Shown one piece after another: positions 57,700 to 64,000 of a stretch of DNA of 64,000 nucleotides; the stretch's first letter is position 1, and every line of letters starts with the position of its first letter. A program made the translations under genes and the position numbers. The stretch lies in assembly GCA_040902765.1 (NCBI GenBank), contig JBBDWO010000030.1, positions 1,598 to 65,597 on the forward strand, given 5' to 3'. The stretch comes from Acidimicrobiia bacterium (GTDB lineage Bacteria > Actinomycetota > Acidimicrobiia > Spongiisociales > UBA11373). Under the pieces are notes generated by a model. The model did not search any database. It saw only the letters and a program-made list of their open reading frames with translations, and was not told the DNA's origin.

Positions 57700-58779
57700 A
57701 TGATCGATCCCTCCACGACCCTCACCCCACCCAGGCCAGCGCGGAGCGGCGCGCGCTGGCCGTTCTTCCTCGCCGTCACCTTTCTCGCCGTAGGTATGTC
57801 GGTTGCGTTGCTGTGGCCGGTCAAGGTCCCGTACTTCGCCATGTCTCCCGGCCCCATCGAGCCGGTGGCCGATCTGGTGACCATTAAGGATGCATCGACG
57901 TTCGAACTCGACGGGTCGGCATTCCTCCTCACCGTCGGACTCAAGGAGGTCAACGCCTTCGAGTGGTTGGAGGCGCGGTTCTTCGATCCGCAGGTCGACC
58001 TGATCCCGCGCGAGGCGGTGCGACCGTCGGGCGTGAGCCGAGAGGAGTTGACCCGCACCAATCTCCAGGCGATGGACGCCTCGATCGACACGGCCGTCTT
58101 CGTGGCGCTCGACCGAGCCGGATACGAGGTCGGTTTCACTGGCTCGGGGGTGGAGGTACTCCAGATCGTCGAGGGTTCGCCCGCGGAGGGGGTGCTCCTC
58201 CTCGGGGACCGAATCACCGAGATCGCCGGCACCGCGGTGGTCACCGAAACCGACGCCGCCGCCGTGATCCGATCGTTCGGTATCGGCGACACCATCACCC
58301 TGTCGGGCACTCGCGGCAGCGAACCGCTGAAAGTGGAAATAACCCTGGTGCCGCACACCGAGCTCCCCGACACCGCGATGGTGGGAGTCCTGCTGAGCAC
58401 CCTCGACCTGGAGATGGTCCTGCCATTCGACGTCCGGATCGACTCTCGGAACATCGGTGGACCGTCTGCCGGTCTCATTTATGCGATCACGCTGCTCGAC
58501 CTGCTCACCGAGGAGGACCTCCTCAAGGGCTACCGGGTGGCGGCCACCGGCAGCATTCACTTCGACGAGACCGTTGGTTCGATCGGCGGCGTCCGCCAGA
58601 AGATCTACGCAGCCCGTGCCCTCGGCGTCGACATCGTCTTCGTGCCCACCGCCAACTATGAGGCGGCGCTGACCGCTGAGGGGGATGGGGTCGTCATCGT
58701 CCCGGTCGACACCCTCCAGGATGCCCTCGACCACCTCGCTGCCCTGGAACCCAAGGCCCAGCGCCTGGCAGCCAATTAG
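57700..58779 (+). CDS. membrane-anchored PDZ-domain Lon-like (S16) serine peptidase (YlbL / Rv3194c-like)
   Basis: N-terminal TM helix, PDZ domain (VLQIVEGSPAEG) and Lon proteolytic-domain motif (IGGPSAGLIYAITLLD ... K). The TAG stop is the first unit of a heptamer array. Confidence 0.65.
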   Translation: MIDPSTTLTPPRPARSGARWPFFLAVTFLAVGMSVALLWPVKVPYFAMSPGPIEPVADLVTIKDASTFELDGSAFLLTVGLKEVNAFEWLEARFFDPQVDLIPREAVRPSGVSREELTRTNLQAMDASIDTAVFVALDRAGYEVGFTGSGVEVLQIVEGSPAEGVLLLGDRITEIAGTAVVTETDAAAVIRSFGIGDTITLSGTRGSEPLKVEITLVPHTELPDTAMVGVLLSTLDLEMVLPFDVRIDSRNIGGPSAGLIYAITLLDLLTEEDLLKGYRVAATGSIHFDETVGSIGGVRQKIYAARALGVDIVFVPTANYEAALTAEGDGVVIVPVDTLQDALDHLAALEPKAQRLAAN

Positions 58780-58880
58780 CTTTTGGCTATTAGTAGTTAG
58801 CGATTAGCCAGATTCGCCCTGACGCCCCGCGAGTGCTCCTGGCGTCTGGCCAATTGCCAATAGCTAATAGCCAATAGCTG
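58772..58880. repeat. inverted heptamer arrays with CCAATTA, GCTTTTG, GCTATTA, GTAGTTA, GCGATTA, GCCAGAT; a 35-nt spacer containing CGCGAG and GCGTCTGG; then GCCAATT, GCCAATA, GCTAATA, GCCAATA
   Basis: Read from the sequence. It belongs to the same sub-family as 32018-32115. Confidence 0.85.
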
Positions 58881-58902
58881 ATTCGTTGTATCGTCAGGGG
58901 CC

Positions 58903-60579
58903 ATGGCCGACGACGAACCAACGCTCAGTCGCGCGCCCGACGACCTCGGTCCGGCGACGCTGTCAACTCGTGGCGTTCCGACCGCGAGGCGCGGCTACGA
59001 GAAGAAGTCAGTGGATGCCCTGGTCGCCATCTCGGTGGAGCGGTGGGCCGAGCTGGAGCGTCGGTACCGGTTGCTCATGGACGAAGTGGACAAGGTGGGC
59101 GGTGCCGACCACCTGGTGCGTGACCTCACGGCGATCGGCGACGAAGTCGGCCGCATTCTCGAGGCGGCCAACGACGCCGCCACCGCTCTTCGCGAGCGTG
59201 CCCGCAACGATGCCGAGCGGGTTCGTACCCAGGCGCGGCAGAAGGCGGACAAGGCGACCAGCGAAGCCGACGACGCCGCGGAGCGGGCGCTCGCCGATGC
59301 CGAAGCGGCGGCTTTCGAGGTTCGACAGGCGGCCTGGGAGCAAGGGGTGGCCCTGGTCGACGGCGCCGCCACGCGGGCGACGCAGCTCGTCACCGAGGCA
59401 CGAGACGAGCTGCTGAAGTTCCGATCCGAGGGGGAGCGGGAGTCGCATCGCCGGGTCGCGGCGGCCCGGAAGGACACCGAAGACATGGTGAGGGCGGCGC
59501 GGGTGGAGGCGGAGCACCACATCGCCCGCGCTCGGATGCTCGCTGCCGAGATCCTCGAGCGAGCCGAGCTGGGTTTCGATGGGGACCTCGATGCCACCGA
59601 GCGCCGCCGGAAGGCGGTGCTCACCGACCTGGAGCTCCTCGAAGCCGAACGCTCCATCGCCGAGGTGACCGTGCTGCCCGCCGAGCCCGCCCCGGATCCA
59701 GGCTCGCTCCCGGAGCCGGTGGCCCCCGTCCACCTCGGCGACGAGTCGGGCCCCGACCCCCGCGCCGACTTCGGTGAGTCGCTGATGGCCGAGGTCGAGC
59801 AGATCCGTCGGGACGGGGAGACATCGTCCGCGCCGGGACCCGCCGACCGGGGGGCCGAGCCACGGACCCGCCGGCCCGAGCTCGGCGAGATCGGATCGTT
59901 GTTCGAAGCCCTGCGCTCGACGGCGGAGCACCAGCTGGGCTCCGGGGAGCAGTCGGGCGACGACCCGCTCGCCGTGCGGGATCGGAGACTGATGGGACTC
60001 CACAACGCGGCGTTGCGGGATGTCAAGCGCCGCATCGCCGAACTCCAGGATCGGGCGATCGAGGGGCTTGAGCAGGGCGAGTGGTCTCCGGCGGCGGAGG
60101 CCATCGGGTCAGACCTCACCGCGCTCCTGGAGCCGTTCCTGGCACGGGCTTCTTCGGCGGGCGCCGACGAGGCGCGCCAGACCACCGGTGTCGATCCGGT
60201 GATCCCCAAGGCGGGGCGGGCTCGATCGATGGTGGGCACGATGGCGGGGGAGCTCGGGAGCCAGCTGCGCGCCGCTCTCTCCCGAGGTGGCGCCGCCGCC
60301 GAGCGGATCACCGCGATCCGGTCGGTGCTGCGTACCTGGCGGGTGGACGACGCCGAGCGATGGATCGCTTCGATCCTCATCGCCGCCTTCAACGACGCGA
60401 TGATTGTCTCGCTCGAAGCCGGTGGCTTCGATCGTCTTCAGGGTCTCTCGTCGGGTGTGGGGTGCACCGATTGCCTCGGTGCCGATGGGGCGGTGTGGGA
60501 GCTGGCCGATCCACCGGCGGACAAGCGGGTGCCCCCTGCCGACGCCAACTGCCGCTGCGGCGTGGTGGTGGCCAAGTAG
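58903..60579 (+). CDS. DivIVA-domain protein with an extended coiled-coil and a Cys-containing C-terminal domain (possible Phage_Mu_F-like NCRC motif)
   Basis: The N-terminal ...RGYEKKSVDALVAISVERWAELERRY matches the DivIVA domain signature (GY-x2-x-VD-x-FL). About 250 aa are Ala/Glu/Arg-rich heptad-like sequence. The C-terminus GCTDCLGADGAVWELADPP...PPADANCRCGVVV resembles the terminal motif of SPP1 gp7 / Mu gpF domains. This C-terminal call is from recall only. Confidence 0.5.
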   Translation: MADDEPTLSRAPDDLGPATLSTRGVPTARRGYEKKSVDALVAISVERWAELERRYRLLMDEVDKVGGADHLVRDLTAIGDEVGRILEAANDAATALRERARNDAERVRTQARQKADKATSEADDAAERALADAEAAAFEVRQAAWEQGVALVDGAATRATQLVTEARDELLKFRSEGERESHRRVAAARKDTEDMVRAARVEAEHHIARARMLAAEILERAELGFDGDLDATERRRKAVLTDLELLEAERSIAEVTVLPAEPAPDPGSLPEPVAPVHLGDESGPDPRADFGESLMAEVEQIRRDGETSSAPGPADRGAEPRTRRPELGEIGSLFEALRSTAEHQLGSGEQSGDDPLAVRDRRLMGLHNAALRDVKRRIAELQDRAIEGLEQGEWSPAAEAIGSDLTALLEPFLARASSAGADEARQTTGVDPVIPKAGRARSMVGTMAGELGSQLRAALSRGGAAAERITAIRSVLRTWRVDDAERWIASILIAAFNDAMIVSLEAGGFDRLQGLSSGVGCTDCLGADGAVWELADPPADKRVPPADANCRCGVVVAK

Positions 60580-60683
60580 GTTCGCGATTCGCGAGTCGCA
60601 ATTCGCGATTCGCAGGACCGAGCCAACGCTGGCGTGGGTGGATCGAGCGCCTCTTGGCGAATAGCGAATCGCCAATCGCGAAT
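60580..60683. repeat. inverted heptamer arrays with GTTCGCG, ATTCGCG, AGTCGCA, ATTCGCG, ATTCGCA immediately after the TAG stop, a 39-nt spacer, then GGCGAAT, AGCGAAT, CGCCAAT, CGCGAAT
   Basis: Read from the sequence. Confidence 0.85.
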
Positions 60684-60737
60684 TGCGGCTTTACCCGATG
60701 CCAGCCTCATCCCAGGCTCCCCTAAAGTGCATCTCTC

Positions 60738-63638
60738 ATGATCGAACGCGACCCGATGCCTTCCCCGTTCGGGAGACCGTCACCCCGCCGGCGGTTCACC
60801 CTGACCATCCTCGGTATCGCCTTCGCGGTGCTGCTCTCCCTGCGGGGGATCGCCACGTTGTGGACCGACTACCTGTGGTTCGACTCGATGGGTTACGGGC
60901 CGGTGTGGACCACGCTGTTGTTCAACCGGGTGGTGCTCGTCATCGTGGCATCGGTCGTCGCGTTCACTCTGCTGTATCTGAACCTCGTCCTCGCCGACCG
61001 CCTCGGACCTCGCCGGCTGCTGATGGCGGGGAGCCCGGACGAGGAGATCATCGAACGCTTTCAGGAGTGGGTGTCGGCGAGGGTGCGACGGTTCCGGCTC
61101 ATGGTGTCGGGCATTCTCGGGATCCTCCTCGGCCTCGGCGCCGCTGGCTGGTGGGAGCACTGGCTCATGTACAGCAACCGGCAGTCCTTCGGCAGGACCG
61201 ACCCGCTGTTCGGCAACGACATCGGGTTCTACGTGTTTCAGGTCCCCTTTCTTCGGGACCTGTTCGGATGGGGCTTCCAGTTCGTCCTGGTGACGACCAT
61301 CGTGGTGGCGGTCCTCCACTATCTCAACGGCGGCATCCAGTTCCAGGCCCGAACACAGCAGGTGGCACCGGGGGTGAAGGTCCATCTCTCGGTTCTCCTG
61401 GCCATCGTGGCGATTCTCAAGGCGGTCGGGTATTGGCTGGGTCGCTTCGACCTGCTCTACAGCGACCGCGGCTCGGTGTTCGGCGCCACCTACACCGACG
61501 TCAATGCCCAACTGCCCGCGCTCAACCTGCTGATCGGCATCTCCCTGCTCGCCGCAGTGCTGCTGCTGGTCAACATGAGGATCCGGGGTTGGACGCTGCC
61601 CGCGGCCGCCGTCGGGCTGTGGTTGGTGACCTCTATCGCTCTCGGTGGCCTGTGGCCCGCCGCCATCCAGCGGTTCTCGGTAGAGCCCGACGAGATCAAC
61701 AAGGAGTTGCCGTTCGTAGGGCGCAACATCGAGTTCACCCGCGCCGCCTACGACCTAGAGGAGATCGCGTCGGTGAGGTATTCGGCGTCGGATCAACTCG
61801 ACGCCGATGACCTCGCGGAGAACGCGGGCACCGTGTCCAATGTCCGGCTCTGGGATCCGCAGGTGCTCCTGGTCACCTATCGCCAGCTCCAGGAGCTTCG
61901 CCCCTTCTATCAGTTCACCGATGTCGACGTGGATCGCTATCTGGTCGACGGGGAGCTGCGACAGGTGATGCTGGCGTCGCGGGAGTTGGACGACGAGCGG
62001 CTGCCGCAGACCGGATGGGTCAACCAGCATCTCGTGTTCACGCACGGCTACGGGGCGGTGGTGAGTCCGACCAACGAGGTGACCGACGAGGGCCAGCCGG
62101 ACTTCATGGTCAAGGACATCACCCCGGGACCTGACGTTCCCGAAGCCCTTCGGATCGACCAGCCGAGGATCTACTTCGGGGACTCGCAGCCGTCGGTTCC
62201 TTTCGTAATCGTCGGGACCAACGAGCGCGAAGTCGACTTCCCGGTGGAGATCGGCGAGGGTGCCGAGACCGTCGCCTTCAACACCTATGACGGGACCGGG
62301 GGCATCGAGGTCGGCGGCATTTTCCGTCGCGCCGCCTTCGCTCTGCGCTACGCCGACATCAACGTGTTGATCTCGGGCCAGCTGCGCAGCGATAGCAAGT
62401 TGCTGATGGAGCGCACGGTCCGGGGCATCGTCACCAAGGCGGCGCCGTTCCTCAGCCCGGACGCGGACCCATACCTGGTGGTGCTCGACGGGCGCCTCCT
62501 GTGGGTCCAGGACATGTACACCACGACCGACCGGTACCCGTACTCGACGCTCGCTGGCGACCCCGGTTCCTCAGCCGCCAGGGAAGCGGCAACAAGTCGA
62601 CTCAATGTCCGATCCGGACTGCCCTCCGACTTCAACTACATCCGCAACTCGGTCAAGGCGACCATCGACGCCTACGACGGCACGCTGACCTTTTACACGA
62701 TGGACGACGAGGATCCGATCCTCGGTGCGTGGCGCAGCCTGTTCCCCGACCTCTTCCAGCCCCTGTCGGAGATGCCCGATGGACTCACTGAGCACCTGCG
62801 GTATCCGGAGGACTTGTTCCGGGTTCAGTCCGACCTGTTAACCCGGTATCACATGACCGACTCCCGGGTTTTCATCAACAACGGTGACCCGTGGGAGATC
62901 GCCCGCAATCCGGCGACGACGCCACCCGAGGCCACCCGCGGCCAGTTCGAAGCCGGTAATCGGCCGATGGCCCCGTACTACCTGCTCATGCAGCTGCCTG
63001 GCGACGATGATCTCTCCTATCTGATCCTCCAGCCGTTCACCGCGGCTACGCGGCCCAACATGGTGTCGTTCCTGGTGGCCAAGTCGTCGTTGGCGGACTA
63101 TGGCGACATGATCAGCTTCGAGCTGCCCCGCGACTCGTTCGTCGACGGTCCGGGCCAGGTGGGGGCGCGCATCAATCAGAACCCGGAGATCTCGCGGGAG
63201 TTCACGCTGCTCGGCCAGCAGGGTTCGCAGGTGATCCAGGGCAACATGCTCGTGGTGCCGATCGAGGAATCGGTCGTTTACTTCCAGCCGGTGTATCTCG
63301 CCGCTCGCGGCACGGGCACCGGCAACGACATCACTGCCCTCCCGGAGTTCAAGTTCGCCATTGTCGTATTCGGCGACACGATCGTGATGCGCGAGTCCCT
63401 CGCCGAGGCACTGATGGCCGTGTTCGGTGGTTCTACCGTAGATCCGGACGATCCGGAGCTCCCGGAGGAGATCCTCGAGGCGGTCGCCGAGCTGATGTCC
63501 CGGGCCGAGCAGGCATTTGAGCGCGCCGATCTGGCGCTGCGCGATGCCGACCTGGCCGAGTTCCAGCGTCAGGTGGCCATCGCCCGCAGCCTGATCGCCC
63601 AGGCGAACCGGCTGATCGACGAGGCCGTCAGCGAGTAG
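60738..63638 (+). CDS. UPF0182-family large polytopic membrane protein (Rv3193c-like)
   Basis: Length of 966 aa, multiple N-terminal TM helices (TILGIAFAVLLSLRGIATLWTDYLWFDSMGY) and a large extracytoplasmic domain typical of UPF0182. It is adjacent to the Lon-PDZ gene, as in mycobacteria. Confidence 0.65.
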   Translation: MIERDPMPSPFGRPSPRRRFTLTILGIAFAVLLSLRGIATLWTDYLWFDSMGYGPVWTTLLFNRVVLVIVASVVAFTLLYLNLVLADRLGPRRLLMAGSPDEEIIERFQEWVSARVRRFRLMVSGILGILLGLGAAGWWEHWLMYSNRQSFGRTDPLFGNDIGFYVFQVPFLRDLFGWGFQFVLVTTIVVAVLHYLNGGIQFQARTQQVAPGVKVHLSVLLAIVAILKAVGYWLGRFDLLYSDRGSVFGATYTDVNAQLPALNLLIGISLLAAVLLLVNMRIRGWTLPAAAVGLWLVTSIALGGLWPAAIQRFSVEPDEINKELPFVGRNIEFTRAAYDLEEIASVRYSASDQLDADDLAENAGTVSNVRLWDPQVLLVTYRQLQELRPFYQFTDVDVDRYLVDGELRQVMLASRELDDERLPQTGWVNQHLVFTHGYGAVVSPTNEVTDEGQPDFMVKDITPGPDVPEALRIDQPRIYFGDSQPSVPFVIVGTNEREVDFPVEIGEGAETVAFNTYDGTGGIEVGGIFRRAAFALRYADINVLISGQLRSDSKLLMERTVRGIVTKAAPFLSPDADPYLVVLDGRLLWVQDMYTTTDRYPYSTLAGDPGSSAAREAATSRLNVRSGLPSDFNYIRNSVKATIDAYDGTLTFYTMDDEDPILGAWRSLFPDLFQPLSEMPDGLTEHLRYPEDLFRVQSDLLTRYHMTDSRVFINNGDPWEIARNPATTPPEATRGQFEAGNRPMAPYYLLMQLPGDDDLSYLILQPFTAATRPNMVSFLVAKSSLADYGDMISFELPRDSFVDGPGQVGARINQNPEISREFTLLGQQGSQVIQGNMLVVPIEESVVYFQPVYLAARGTGTGNDITALPEFKFAIVVFGDTIVMRESLAEALMAVFGGSTVDPDDPELPEEILEAVAELMSRAEQAFERADLALRDADLAEFQRQVAIARSLIAQANRLIDEAVSE

Positions 63639-63815
63639 ATCGCGACCGGTTCATTGCCAGATCGGATTCGCTTGAACCCGGGTCGTTGCCAGGTTGGGTC
63701 TCGAGTTCCGATCATCGAAGGCCAGATGCCGACAGACGCGGGGACCGCTTCGGATGGCGGTCGATTCGCCCACCGCACCGCCCGGGTGATGCGCGACGCG
63801 AGGGCCGAGGCTTCT

Positions 63816-63850
63816 CCGGTAGCCGGTAGCCGGTAGCCGGTGGCCGGTAG
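63816..63850. repeat. (CCGGTAG)x3, CCGGTGG, CCGGTAG, with a further CCCGGTAGCC at 63865-63874
   Basis: Read from the sequence. It lies upstream of a partial ORF. Confidence 0.85.
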
Positions 63851-63881
63851 CTGGGCCGCTCGTTCCCGGTAGCCTGCCGCC

Positions 63882-64000
63882 ATGGCCGACCTGACCCTGG
63901 CTGCCTCCTGGTATCGCTCTCGGGATGTGTTCGACGCCGAGCGGATTGGCGTGTGGGGCTGTGAGTGGCTGGTGTTCGCCCCGGGTGCCAGGCTCGACGC
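63882..64000 (+). CDS. 5' fragment of an unidentified protein (MADLTLAASWYRSRDVFDAERIGVWGCEWLVFAPGARLD...), possibly a Rieske-type oxygenase N-terminus
   Basis: An open frame from ATG 63882 to the window edge. The product guess is weak. Confidence 0.2.
   Translation, partial: MADLTLAASWYRSRDVFDAERIGVWGCEWLVFAPGARLD

Noticed and set aside
56091-58478. 795-aa ORF on the minus strand
   Set aside because: It is antisense to the lipoprotein SBP and Lon-PDZ genes and has Arg/Gly/Pro-rich junk composition. It is a high-GC frame artefact.

Overview
This is a high-GC (roughly 68-70%) actinobacterial chromosome segment, read as about 60 tightly packed core genes rather than a genomic island. Gene order on the + strand begins nnr, alr, an S58 peptidase, a family-4 UDG, then tsaE-tsaB-rimI-tsaD and groES-groEL with a CIRCE operator. 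It continues with a GNAT / Nudix / ArsC trio, trpS, a Tat-signal amidohydrolase, a guaB3-like gene and guaA. Next come an orphan CheA-CheW-REC hybrid kinase, pcrA, mgtC, an orphan B12-binding-domain gene, sucCD, udk, folD, icd, mdh, hup, an SCP2 gene, a DapA-family gene, sdhCAB and whiB. The minus strand carries pstSCAB-phoU, divergent from senX3-regX3. The remainder holds a peroxiredoxin, a PAS histidine kinase, a zincin-like hydrolase, htrA, moaE, a six-gene Liv-type ABC transporter with an embedded acyl-CoA ligase, a Lon-PDZ protease, a DivIVA-domain protein and a UPF0182 membrane protein. Gene order resembles Mycobacterium in places, for example the Lon-PDZ / UPF0182 pair. I saw no rRNA, tRNA, CRISPR, transposase or integrase. 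The most unusual signal is not a gene. Almost every intergenic gap longer than about 40 bp is filled by tandem arrays of 3-8 degenerate 7-nt units, sharing a core of roughly RRT-N-GC-S (AATCGCG, AATTGCG, AGTAGCG, GGTAGCC, GGTAACC, AGTTGCC, AATAGCC, plus the related TCAACGC / GCGTTGA set). An array is typically paired with its reverse-complement array across a 12-45 nt spacer, giving long imperfect hairpins. The arrays start at or overlap the stop codon, almost always TAG, of the upstream gene, and some lie directly upstream of start codons. I counted at least 24 such loci. One sub-family, TCAACGC arms around an AGA..TCT-flanked 16-18 nt loop, recurs six times. A TAGCCAA-type sub-family recurs twice with a conserved spacer. 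The ORF-table coordinates include stop codons. The refined starts in the feature list are inferred from conserved N-termini, RBS-like sequences and 4-nt start/stop overlaps.
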